Assembly: GCA_973895155.1 (NCBI GenBank)
Contig: OZ316893.1
Span: 25,842,798 to 25,906,797, forward strand
Length of the DNA stretch: 64,000 nt
Reading direction: 5' to 3'
From: Marsupella aquatica
Taxonomy: Eukaryota; Plantae; Marchantiophyta
A model generated the notes under the pieces. That model ran no database searches. It was given only the letters and a program-made list of their open reading frames with translations, and was not told the DNA's origin. Positions 37,126 to 49,017 of the stretch are shown here, one piece after another (within the stretch, counting starts at the first letter, position 1; the number at the start of each line of letters is the position of its first letter). Made by a program: the position numbers and the translations under genes.

Positions 37126-37750
37126 TGTTCTCTCTGCAAATCCAATCCTCGCCTCTTCTCCCACTGTCTCACCCTCTTCTTCTCACATACTGAGCTGCTT
37201 CCCTCTTCAAGTAGCAAGTTGCTTCCTCAGACGGGTCTGACTGAAACCCAGATCTTCTTCTTCTTCTCTATGCCATGCTCCCAACCGAGGATGAATAATT
37301 CACAATCCTTCGTCTGCCCACGGCTCCAAACTTGCCATCAAATCTGCTCTGCTCTAATTCATTCACATCAACACTGCTCTGCTCTTCTCTTCTCTTCTCT
37401 GCTCTAATTCAGTCACCTGAACACGCAAAACTTCCTGTCATGTTCTCAATCAATTTTGGGAATGCTTTCTTCTACACTGTTAGCTCTGCTACGAGTGCTG
37501 GCAATCACCGATGCAATCACCCATGCTCTTCTTGGTCGTCCTCCATCGTTCTCTTCTGTCAAATCCCAGCATTTACAGTACCGTACTCTGTTCTCTCTCG
37601 TGTGTCCAAATCAAATCAATCAATTCGTTCCCAAATTGCGTGTTCCTGAGTCCCCAAAGCATATCCAACGGTTTTAAGGGTCAATGCACTCTAAACCCAA
37701 ATTTAGCCCATCATCCACTGTAGAAGTGTAGAATTAGAAAGAAAAAAAGC

Positions 37751-38040
37751 ACCCATATTAGGGGTCTCAACCCTGAAATTTTGATGGACCTAAATTTAGT
37801 AATTCAGGTTACAGAGAAAAAGTTATGGACTATCAAATTCATAAGTGCTGCCCATAAATCCCATCATTTGGGAAGCCTCATAATCCGGAAGTGCTGGCCA
37901 TAAATCCTATCATTTGGAAAGCCTATAAACTAAACAAATACCCATCTTAGCAGGTCTCAAACCTCAAGATTTGATGGACCTAAATTTAGTATTAAGGTTA
38001 CAAACAGAAAAAGTTATGGACTAACAATATCATAATAGGT
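37751..38040. repeat. Diverged direct repeat, period ~190 bp
   Basis: acccat.ttag..ggtctcaa...ttgatggacctaaatttagta...aggttaca...gaaaaagttatggacta occurs at ~37751 and ~37940. Confidence 0.8.
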
Positions 38041-40799
38041 AACTGTTGGCCATAAATGCTGGCCATAAAGATTGGTCATGTGTCATACCATAAGTCACTG
38101 TAGAGGCTAGTGGGAAAAAAAATTACAAAACTCTCTCAGAAAGCTATGGCCATTAGTTTCTGACCAAAAGCCATTTAGTTATCTACAACTTTGAAGCTTT
38201 GAGAGGCTCTATTGAATTCAGTCACCAACAGTTCCCCCCCATTATTAGGTTTGTGGGGCCTCTTCAGTCTGCTTGAGGTTTTTCCCCTTTTCCCCTTTTA
38301 TTGAGTTTCTTTCCTTTGGGACTGTGTCTGTAGTTTGGAGTTTTTGTTTTTGGGCAGTGTGATATTCTTTTATCTCTATACTCTCCAAAGTGATGTGTGG
38401 TCAATCACTAGCAGGTTCAAAAATCCCAAACATATCCGGATCTTGTGACATGTGGTTGAATCTCTGATGTAGATGGCAATAGAAACCAGGATAGAGGTCT
38501 CTTGCCTACCTGTCATTTCTACCAAACATGACAGCAGGTTAAAACAATGGAGGCTGACCACCATTTATTTCCATTTATTTAGGGATTGGGGCCATGTTGA
38601 GAAACCATCCCTCCATAATCAGACCCAATATGGTCCGTTTAGAGGTTAGAGGCTTTTCACCTTACCATTGGAGATGCTCTGGGTGGCTCTACAAGACTTT
38701 GGGGCACTTGTGTTTTTCTTTTCTTCATAGGAAACTGAAGGAACTTAAAGCCCGGATGGACTTGCACGTTGTTCGTGAAGCTCTCATGGATAAACCAAAC
38801 CTGCATGGACTGGATCAAAACATAAAAATGTGCTTGGACATTGTTAATTACATTTCTGTCCATAAAGTACAGTGTCAGTAACCAAATCTGCACTTCTATC
38901 CATAAATTTTCTCTGTCAGTGGCCATAGCATTTTTTTTATTGAGAACTTCGTTGTTTTCTCCCAATACCCTTCCCCTCCACATAATTACTCTGCCTATTT
39001 TTAAGAGTTTAATAAAAAAGATAACATTTAAAGTACGTTAAATTTGGTTCTTATGTAAAGACCTTATAAAGTTTCATCTAGGAAACTTTGAATAGATTGA
39101 GTGCTTCACATTTTATTCATACCGCCTTAAGTAGTTTGCCCAATGGTAAAAACCAAATGAACTTAATTTACTCTAAAATATTTTTTAATATTCAAAAGCC
39201 CCGCAAAGGGGGGAAAGCAAGCAGCACAATGACTCATGAGCCAAGGAGACAATTCCCACCAAGGAGGCCAGTGGCACCCAAATAAGCTCAATTGTCACAT
39301 ATAGATTACAATGTTTCTACACACTTTCTTGAGATTCTAGGGCATCGATACTTTGCGGGAATGATTATACAATTTCCAGAAATGTTGTTGCAAAATATTT
39401 TTTATAGAGCATTGCTTGTTATCGGAAATATAGTCATTTTCCCTCGGGGCCCACATCACAGGTGGAGTTTACAAGTAATAACACCCTAAAACTTAAGAAA
39501 ATAAAGTTGAGTTTTACTATATTTTTACCCCTAACTTTATGGAATATTCTATGAATATTCTCACTTTTGATATTTAAAAACCTTATAGTTCTTATAATTC
39601 TTAAAATTGGATTAAAACGCCCCTATGTTTCTTCAACAAAATTGTAAAGTCTTCCACGGATTCGAATTAAAAACCCCTAACTTCTTCGCACGCGATGGGT
39701 CGGAAGAAAAGAAGCGAGGACCCAAGATTTTTCTATTGTGAAGCTAAAGGAAATTTTAATTTACATGAGCGTTGTTGTGGAATCCTATTTTTTAGAGACC
39801 ATTGCTCTTGCTATAAAAAGTGTTTTGACTAATTTTATTGTTATAGAGCTACTTAAGATTTTTTCTTTTGGGGAGTATTGTTGATGAATCATATTTTCAG
39901 AGAGCAATGTTCTTGTCAGAAAGAGCATCTTTTTTGCTGCAGAGCTATCGGAAATCATGTTGTTCATACGGCGCTGCTCTTGTTACAAGGAGCGCTTCAA
40001 GTACTTTGCCGCTACGGAAGCTACAGGAAATGTTAAAGGTGCATCTTCATTCTCTATTTCATAATTATACATTCTTAATTTCAGTTTTTGGTGTTATGTT
40101 CTTACCGTGCCAGAATTTGATGCACATTATGTTCTTATCGTGACAGAAATGTAGGTGGGCAATTAATGACAAAATTTACCATCCATTTGCAGTTAAGCAG
40201 TCTCATGATTATGTGTAATATGGCCTGTCCCCTGTCACAGTCCATGGGGATAGATGAAGACAACCTAGCAATCCATCTGGGCTTTAGTTACAAACTGAAG
40301 GGCCATTTCTTTTCTGAATATAAGATTGACTTTAACCAAAAATCTTCTTAAATGAATTTCAATAAATGCAAATCCCCAAATCAAAGTCATCATGTACTAC
40401 TTTAGGTGACAGATACTTGAGGATACATAATATCAATGACATAAGCCCACACACATAATTAGAACTTTCACTATTAATATGAACTATCAATCAATCTAAA
40501 CACTCTAGTATGCAATACCTCTCATTCTTTCTCATGGTCTGTTTCCAAAATGTCATTCTGGCGGGAAACCTTCCTGGGCATTCAATTATGCTGACATTTT
40601 TTCTTAGCCAAAAGATGGGCTGAAAGGTGCCACTGTGTGCACACTCTTTGTGCCCAACTAGTCACTTTCCCCCCAACTTGCACACTCCTTGAAATCCATT
40701 AGCCAGACCGTCTGGCCAGCCAACTCCCCGCAACATCCGAGGGTAGTAAGTAAGTAAAGTAAGCACTTACTATTGATAGCACTGTGCAATGCACCAGCA

Positions 40800-41360
40800 T
40801 TGCGCTAATGTGTCATATTGTAAAAGAATGAAATGCAGTTCCAAAGCACACCCTCTGCATGCTTATCAATTTGTTTCAAAAAAATGTTGCTATAGATGAT
40901 TATTACATCAAATATCAAATCCCACGTGTACCAAATTGTTTTGTCCAGGGGACTCACACCAACCACATTTTTTATGAAAATTCTTAGAACTTGATGATCT
41001 TGGAGGATTAAGGACTTGTAAGCAACAACCTTGGATACCATCTTTGTCTTTTGAACAGGTACTAGTTTCCACCAGTGGATCTCTGTTTGACCACAAGTTC
41101 CCAACAATGTACTTGTTAGCCCATAATACTCATTTTACATACAACACAGTTGTGGGTATAATAATGAAAGAGCATATCCTGTTGTTGGGACTTTCTGAAT
41201 ATCAAGGGGTCATCTCAATAGTTCGTAGCTGGGGACTATTAACTGCTCAAACACAAATCTTGGTGCAATCAACATTCCACAAAAAAGGGCATCTGAAAAT
41301 AGTCTATATGTTGTTATATATCACCAAAAGACATCTTAGGGCACAATGGTCCTATGATGG
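40800..41360 (-). mobile_element. Highly degenerate transposase-like remnant (possibly a MULE C-terminus)
   Basis: The fragment KKCGWCESPGQN resembles the CxxCxxxGHN knuckle at MULE transposase C-termini. The surrounding DNA is AT-rich and repeat-like. Confidence 0.25.
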
Positions 41361-42532
41361 GAAGTGAGCGGGTGAGACTGCAGTGTAGGTCTCTTATTCG
41401 CCTAGGCAAATGAACATTGCCCAGTCTTTTATAGTGGCAATTGTGGTTTTTGATTAAGTGGAGAAATCCACGTTAATAGACCTATCCCCAAAGGTTGGGA
41501 CCGTTTTGGTGCACTTTTTACCAACAAAAAAAATCAAAAATGAGTATACTCACAAACCTGCTTCACCATTTATGACTGGTGATCTTTAATCACAACAAGT
41601 GGCACGTGTTGACAAAAGCAGACATGACAAAAGCAGAACACTCCGGAGGAAATATTTGCATGAAAACTTTCTTTGCAACCAAATAGATCTAAAAAGGTTC
41701 AAAACAAGCACCAACACATACAAAAGTCATGAGTTACAAATTGGTCTAATATCAACTAACTTCTGATTTGCAGTTTAGACAAGTTCCTGCATTTCATAGC
41801 TTCTTTCACCATAAGCTTATCATTAAAAAAGAGGTCCATGCTGAAAGACGAATGTGAAGATTTTTTTATCAAATTGGTTCTAACAGAGTCTAAGTCATCA
41901 GATCCAGTTCAAAGAAATTTAGATCCAGCTGTTTAAGACAACCCAACCCTTGCATATCCAACGAGTTATATCACTGTAGTAGTAACTAGGTTTGCACAAA
42001 TAATGATTAATTAAGAAAAATGGTGCCCATTGCAGTAAAGTGGGCCTCAAAATATGTTGCCCTTTTCATGAAATTGGGAGAAAATACAATTCCAGATACA
42101 TCAGCCTTAAAATTTTAATATGAGCCAAAATTCCATAAGTGTCAGCCTCTTTCAGTTTACATTCTTGTGACTCCCACCCTAAATTGCACATCCCTCCCCT
42201 AAACACCCTAAACATGCTCCTCTACCCCATCAGTACAATGTTTACTCTACGGAAAAAATATCATGCAGTTATCAGTATGTGTAAGTTGATCGGATTGGGC
42301 ACTTACAAAGTTGTCCTTCAGCAAAAAATATCAGGCTTATTTGCACTTACAAAACGTGCAAAAAAATGCGCAAGTCCGTGTAAAGAAAGGGAAAAATGGG
42401 TACAAAGTTGTCCTTTAGCTAAAGTTTCAAGGCCTGTTTGCACTAAGAAAAGGTGCAAAAAAGTGCACCTCCGTGTAAATTCACCGGAAAGAACAAGACT
42501 CCTTGCACTTATCCATGTTTTGCACTTATGGA

Positions 42533-42990
42533 GTGTGCACGCTGAGAGATGAGAGAGAGACGACTGTAATCACAATGTAGAGCTCCACGAGATTCATCAC
42601 AATTGAAGCTTTTGCAGCTCGAAGAAATCTTTGGCAGAAGCTTGGAGCTGTGCCCTCTCCGAATCCGAAAGCATGAAGTTGGTAGTTTGCATCCTGAGAG
42701 AGAGAGACGATTGTAATCACAATGTAGACCTCCACAAGATTCATCACAAGTGAAGCTTGTTTTGCACCTCGAAGAACCCTTTGGCAGAAGCTTGGAGCTT
42801 TGCCCTCTCCACATCCGAAAGTATGGAGTTGGCAGTGTGCACTCTGAGAGAGAGAGAGAGACGATTGTAATTTCAATGTAGACCTCCACGAGATTCATCA
42901 CAAGTGAAGCTTGTTTTGCACCTCGAAGAGTCCTTTGGCAGAAGCTTGGAGCTGTGCCCTCTCCGCATCAGAAAGCATGGAGTTGGCCAC
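42533..42990. repeat. Triplicated ~150-bp unit made of the last ~30 LDH codons, the stop codon and proximal 3' UTR
   Basis: ttggcagaagcttggagc occurs at 42631, 42781 and 42935. Each unit also carries gattcatcacaa and a (GA)n tract. Confidence 0.92.
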
Positions 42991-44175
42991 ATCCACCACC
43001 CCCGAGCGCCCCAGACTCGCAGGCAGACTGATGTACACCTCGTCCTCGATGCCATGAAATCCTCGAGCAAGCACCGAGACGGGGTACACCCTCCTCTGAT
43101 TCCGAAGCACGCTGCTCACCAATCTGGCCACCGAATAGCCGATCGCCCACGACGTATACCCCTTGAGGTGGATCACCTCCGCCGCGCCATCGACAACCTT
43201 CTTGTGCGTCTCCCGCAGCGCGGCCTGGTTGACTTTGATTTTTTTGCTCTTGAGGAATTCAGAGATCGGAATTCCGGCAACGTTCACACTGTCCCACAAA
43301 GGCACCGAAGTCTCGCCGTGCTCACCGACGATCTGTGCGTGCACACTTTGAGCGCTCACATGGAAGAATTTGCCAATGAGGGCTCGGAATCTGGAGGAGT
43401 CGAGGGTCGTGCCAGAGCCGATGACCCGGTTGGGAGGAAGGCCGGAGAGCTTCCAGGACACCCACGTGAGGACGTCCACGGGATTGGAGACGATGAGGAG
43501 AATGGCATCCGGGCTGTGCTTCACGAGCTTCGGGATGATGTTTTTGAAGATGGACACATTTCGGTCGACGAGAGAGAGCCGGTCCTCTCCTTCTCGCTGC
43601 CGAGCTCCCGCCGTGATGATGCAGATGTCGGAGTCTGCGGTGACGGCGTAGTCCGTGTCGGCCATGATTGTCACGTTGGGAAGAAACGCAGCTGCGTGCT
43701 GGAGGTCGAGCATTTCGCCTCGTAGCTTGTCCGGGACAACGTCGACCAGGGCGATCACATCGGCCAGATTCTCTGTCAAGATGGTTTGTGCGCACGCCAT
43801 CCCTACGTTCCCCACTCCAACCACCGTGACCTTCGAAGTCTTCGTGTCTCCAGCAAAGACCAAGGGATTCTCCATCCCCGGGAGCTTCGAGAAGAGGGTG
43901 TCCTCCGTCAAGCCTACTTCGTTGGAGGTCTCTTCCGTGGACCCTACTCTGATAGCTCTCCATGGATTCGTTTCCCTCTTCGATTCTTGTGGTCTCTTAT
44001 TGAACCTCCCTCCTTCAGATCCTTGCTTGATGAGATTCGCCGACACTGATCCCTTCTTCCCTTTCCGAAGCACTTGAGTCACACTCCGTTGCTTGATTGC
44101 GACGGACTCCACACGCTGAGTGCATAGATGTGAGGAGGACCTCCAGCTGAGGAAGTTCACTTCAATGCATGCCAT
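42898..44175 (-). CDS. LDH: L-lactate dehydrogenase with an extended N-terminus, 425 aa, intronless CDS
   Basis: Rossmann motif KVTVVGVGNVG; GEMLDLQHA; specificity loop TAGARQREGE (Gln, LDH rather than MDH); SNPVDV; GSGTTLDSSR; catalytic GEHG; KGYTSWAIG. The first ATG is at 44175; the track start at 44190 is GTG. Confidence 0.96.
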   Translation of the reverse strand: MACIEVNFLSWRSSSHLCTQRVESVAIKQRSVTQVLRKGKKGSVSANLIKQGSEGGRFNKRPQESKRETNPWRAIRVGSTEETSNEVGLTEDTLFSKLPGMENPLVFAGDTKTSKVTVVGVGNVGMACAQTILTENLADVIALVDVVPDKLRGEMLDLQHAAAFLPNVTIMADTDYAVTADSDICIITAGARQREGEDRLSLVDRNVSIFKNIIPKLVKHSPDAILLIVSNPVDVLTWVSWKLSGLPPNRVIGSGTTLDSSRFRALIGKFFHVSAQSVHAQIVGEHGETSVPLWDSVNVAGIPISEFLKSKKIKVNQAALRETHKKVVDGAAEVIHLKGYTSWAIGYSVARLVSSVLRNQRRVYPVSVLARGFHGIEDEVYISLPASLGRSGVVDVANSMLSDAERAQLQASAKGLFEVQNKLHL

Positions 44176-44420
44176 GGTTATGACTTCCACCTCTTCTTGA
44201 GATGGAACCTACTGCAAACGCAAGCTGATGACCAGCAAAAACAGATTTCAGTATCTTACAGTGCATACCCTTGAGGAGGACATCCAGCTGAGAAGATTCA
44301 CATCAATGCAAGTCATGGTTATTTCTTTCACCTCTTCGTGAAATTAAATTGCCTAGGAACCTATTGCAGACGCAAGCTAAGCTGCTGACCAGCAAGCACA
44401 GATTTTCACTATCTAAGCAG
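44131..44420. repeat. Diverged tandem duplication of the LDH start-codon region
   Basis: tgaggaggac.tccagctgag...tcaatgca...catggttat...cacctcttc.tga...ggaaccta.tgca.acgcaagct occurs at ~44131 and ~44272. Confidence 0.85.
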
Positions 44421-44651
44421 CTGACTCTGTTGCTCCACCTACATGCCCGGATCCCTGGTCGGTCTCGCGCCTTCGCTAGAGATCTAATTAACTCTCCTCT
44501 CGGGGCTTCATTCGGTAAAACCTCTGCAGAGGAGTTTAATACTCATTCCCTCTCTCATTCATTCGTGCTTACTGTAATGCCATATCAAAGACATTGCAAA
44601 GACAGCATTCTATTCGAGGTGCTGTCTTCGCAAAAAGAAATTCTGTAGAAC

Positions 44652-44775
44652 GAGATCAAATCCGAATGCCACGTTCCTCCAAAGACTCGTGAGGTTGTTT
44701 CCACCCTTAGGATGAGATCAAATCCGAATGCCACGTTCCTCCAAAGACTCGTGAGGTTGTTTCCACCCTTAGGAT
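44652..44775. repeat. Perfect ~62-bp tandem duplication upstream of LDH
   Basis: gagatcaaatccgaatgccacgttcctccaaagactcgtgaggttgtttccacccttaggat occurs twice. Confidence 0.95.
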
Positions 44776-45684
44776 TGAGTTGTAAGTAATGTGATCACCC
44801 TTCAATCCAGCCCATTTTCTAACACATGAGTCTAATACCTCCTCTCCGTCCCATGCGACTTCATTACTACACCAAATCAGCAATTTTGCCTCAAAATCCC
44901 GCAAGCTTGGAGAAAGGCAACGAATGACCTAGAGAAAAAGTGAGGACTCTCACTCTCTCTGCCGGAAATACTCAACCTTTACGGACAATCTTGTGGTACC
45001 CACATGGACATCGACAGCTCTCTGTTTGGTCAATTCTCACAGTGGACCGACTGGACAGAGAGTCTCATGGACAACAACCCACAGGACACAACAGGGGTAC
45101 CGAAAGTCTCGAAAGTAAAATCACGTGAGCAAAACGTACACAAATGATTCAGTACGAAAGTACCTGGTTCTGGATGTGACGGAATGTGGGAACACTAAAT
45201 GAGTTGGATGCTGCAAAGCTTCTCCCCAGCCAAGCTCTCTGCAGGAAGAAAAAGCCAAGTTACACTTTTTGTCGAAAAGTAACGCTCGCTGATTCGGAAG
45301 AACCCACACTAATTTCCGTGAGAATGATGATCCCTGCTTCGATCTCTTCAGAGAAAACGGCAATCTCACCAACTCGTGTCAGCAACAACCGGAGATTGTG
45401 GAGAGTCCAACACATATTGTAATTAATGATGCATGCACTAAGGTACAGTGTTTGACGAAGCTGAGTGGGCGATGGTACTGTCAGACTTTGTGCTCCATGG
45501 GACACACCCAAGTGTCGATGGTCCACCACGAAATTCCTTGGAATTCGGCTCACCCAAGTGTCTATGGTCCACCATTGGAAATTCCAGCTGGAACCTTAAT
45601 CGCATGTGCAAGTTTTGGAGCTCACAACTGGTTGAGTTTTGGGAACCACATCTTTGGGTTCCACACCATGCAATTTTGAGAAGA

Positions 45685-45982
45685 TATATATAGAACTGCA
45701 AAGGAACAAAAAGTACTAACCAGGAGAGATGATCACAAAGGCCGAAGGCCCAATAAAGGGGGAAAACAAAGGATAAAACCAAGAAAACCCAAGAGCCAAA
45801 GGGCCAAAAACCCCAAATGGCAAAATAACAAAAACCCTACTAGACTGAAACTCTTGGTAGAGCTCCGAGGTAAACAACACAAGAGGGTCACAACAAGAGA
45901 TTTGACTAGAAGTCCTAAAACTGACCACCTCAGCCCGCTAAAGATAGTGAAGGCCTTAGCCCGCTGTAGAGCAACAGACACC
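45685..45982 (-). mobile_element. 5'-truncated non-LTR retrotransposon 3' end (CRE/RLE-like) between 58-bp direct repeats
   Basis: The - strand begins VSVALQRAKA, like the RISxALQRxxA C-terminal motif of RLE-type elements. It continues SSQIS...ELYQEFQ after a frameshift, then a T-rich UTR and a (TA)n tail. The flanks 45627-45684 and 45983-46040 match at 52/58 nt. Confidence 0.6.
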
Positions 45983-48900
45983 ACTGGTTGAGTTTTAGGA
46001 ACTGCATCTTTGGGTTCCACAGAATGCAATTTAGAGAAGAGGTGATTGGAGAAGACTGAATTTTAAAGTGCCATTCCCAAACAAGTGGCAAGAGAAATTC
46101 CTTCATGGCGCCCAAATGCGTATGGCCTGACAATGATCTCCAGGTTTTGAAATTACTTGGCTTGGCCCCAGATTATATAATTATACTGTCCATTCTTCTG
46201 ACTATTAGCCAGTTCCATACTCTAAAGTTAGAATGCGTGAGCCAAAATGGGTCTCTGGAGATAAGAGATGCAATATTCTGAATAGAAGCAGGCTTTTGCT
46301 CCATTCTTTTAGACCATCTCAAGAGGAGCTCTAAGTTTTTGACCAAAAAACATGTACACATCAGCAAATAAGAGGCCAGTGATAGATGACTAGGTTTGGA
46401 AATAATTTGCCTGGCCGTGCTCACAAGTTCATGTAAAGTGAAGTGTGGCCTGTTCCCACATTGAATGACTAGGATTGCATCTCACACATAGAAAAAAATG
46501 AATTGTTGCCCCCAAGTTCTTGTAAACGCCCCCTTACTGGTGTCCCAAAATATATAAAAGTCACTTAACCAGTCCTGCAAGTTAACGAGGGAGAGCTTTA
46601 GGGTCAGGATGGAGCTGAGGATAGAGGCCGGGATAAAGGTGTAGGGTAACCCATTGTCCAAGGTGGCCATGGGTTATCAAGAGTACCCACCTGCCCCTCA
46701 GTGTACTTTTTCTCTACTTTGATCTAAAAATGTGGCCAAAATCTCATAACCCCCAGGGCAGGCTGGCAATGGCGTATCGTTCATAATTGAACATAGACAT
46801 ACAAAGCGGAAACTACACAGTCAAGGGGTTTTCCTACTTCATTTCCCTTACTTTCCATTGATGTGCATGCATTTTCCAGTTCCTTCCCACCCTTGGCTAT
46901 GTCCATCTCAGGACAGGGACTTCCTAACCCAGTCCTTCATCTCACTCTACCTTGTGGTGCAGTGCCATTTAACCCGGTTCACCTTGAATGCTGTCACTTT
47001 CAAGAACTGTTAGAAGAACAGATGCTACCATAGATTGGACTGCACCTAGCAATCTTGGAACTTGTGAGTCAGGTTAAGTAAGTTTCTTGCATTTGGGGAC
47101 CCACCAGGTAGTTTTCTCCAATTGGGGAGGAACCCAATTGAAACACAATATTGTTCCCTTTGCCCCCAAAAGCATCATCCCCACTTAAACTTCCCCTTGG
47201 ATACGGCTATAACCACCACCAACTCCTTTGCTTGCATTGTCCCAAACTCCTCCTCACCTTCCACCCCTAAACATATTTATTGCTTACATTTGGGAGTGGG
47301 TAGGTGCAAAATCTATACACTTTTGGTGGTGTGCTCTGACCTAGGGTGCTATTTAGGTCCCTCTACACTTAGGGCATTCGCCGCTATGGCAGCGGTGAAG
47401 GTAGATGTCAAAACAACCAATTGTAAGGAGAAACATATAAATGTTTGAGTTAAATAATAAGGACGTGTTAAATCACTCCCAGCAGTAAGTTAGCTACTAA
47501 CTTTTACTTGGTTCCCCCAGAAATTAGGTGAATCTACCAAACTACCACAGTATCTAGTAAATGATTTAATGCCATTATTTTGACTCAGGCGGGGGACTCA
47601 GGTTTTGCCTGGGCTAACCAGCATATGATCTATGGCTACTATTGAAGGTTGGGCAAGGATTGGATGGCCAGGATTGGCATGTTGTTTGCAAGAGTGGAAG
47701 ACGTGACCTTGCCCTCATGTTGCAGCCTCGGCCACCCAACAACCACCCCCCCCCCCCGGATGAACTAATTTGATGCACTTAGAGGTGCTAGTAAGTAAGG
47801 CAGGTTGATGCGGCCTAAGGCTATGACAGTGGGGCAAGGCCAGCCCACAACTGTAAAAAAACTGGGCCAATCCTGGCCATCTGATCCTTGCCACATCCCC
47901 ACTAGTAGTTGTATATCCCATGCATGCAGCTTAAACCTGGCAAAACCTAAGTCAAAACTTATTGGTTTCATAATTTTTTTAAAAATATTTTACAAAAAAG
48001 TGACAGTGCATCAGATGTATTCAAAAGATACCCATAAAAAACCACTTCAGCTTAGCCCCCCCCCCTTTGTGGGGTTCACACAAAGGAAAAAAAACCAATT
48101 CAGCTTGCACGAGAAAGTAGGGTGCCTGGTAGGGTGACAGGGGGCATGGGCAGGTGACAAGGGAAAAGGCCAGGCAAAAAATGGTCCACATGAAAAGCAG
48201 GGTCCACTTATAACAAACAGATCTGCTTTTTGGAATACAGACAAATGCACTAGTACAGGGATTCCATTATAGAGGTGGCACTAAGGGTGACTTTACAAGA
48301 AATAGGGGGCACTTGTGAATGTTTTTCACCAAATGAAACTGGAGGGTGGCTTCTTATTCTAAAGATATAATCCAGACCAAACAAAATATGAAATGAACTT
48401 CAACAAACGTAAATCCCTTCAAAGATGGGGTCAAAGTTTAGAAATGTTTGTACCTCCGGAGGTGGCAAAATTTCTTGACACTCCACATTATCATTTACTT
48501 GAGCCCACTGGTTGCCATGTTGGATTGGTAGACACCATATCTGAATGGGCCCCAGGCCACTTGAACCTTTTCCACTCATCATTAGGTCTAGATTAATCTG
48601 AGAGTGAGAGAAAAGAAGCCATCAATGGCCCCCCATTCTTGCAATGCTTGTAAAATCAATTGCAACCATTGCCATGTGGCTGACTTTGATCCATTCTTGG
48701 CCTCCCAAGATGTAGTTGGTGACCCTGACATCCGTTTGAGTCGCTGCAGGCTTGGTTAGTGTGTGCTCTGGCTCTGTGGATGTGGCCTTGCTAGTCTTCA
48801 CCATGCCAGTCTTTGGAATACAGCACGGGCATGCTACTATTTTCATTTTAAAAATGTATAAAATCAAACACCATAATATGTGATTTGTCCATCCCAGGCA

Positions 48901-49017
48901 ATAGTTTGTATACAAAATGTCATCTGGAAGAAAGCATTTGATTGGCCAAAAACACGTCCCTGTGCATATTTCCCGGGCACCCTCTGTGTCACCATCCGTG
49001 CCTCAGCCCTCCTCAGT

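Noticed and set aside
37126-37164. GTG-initiated N-terminal extension of the transporter in the ORF track
   Set aside because: This is a eukaryotic gene, so the first ATG at 37125 is preferred. Non-AUG initiation is unsupported.
42904-44077. Long antisense and alternate-frame ORFs (273, 213 and 140 aa) overlapping LDH
   Set aside because: These are shadow ORFs expected from the GC-rich codon usage of LDH and show no independent domain signal.
42898-44175. Bacterial horizontal origin of the intronless LDH
   Set aside because: The sequence has plant-type features (DKLRGEMLDLQHAAAFLP, KGYTSWAIGYSVA, GL...LF.K.. pre-domain segment). Lack of introns alone is not evidence.
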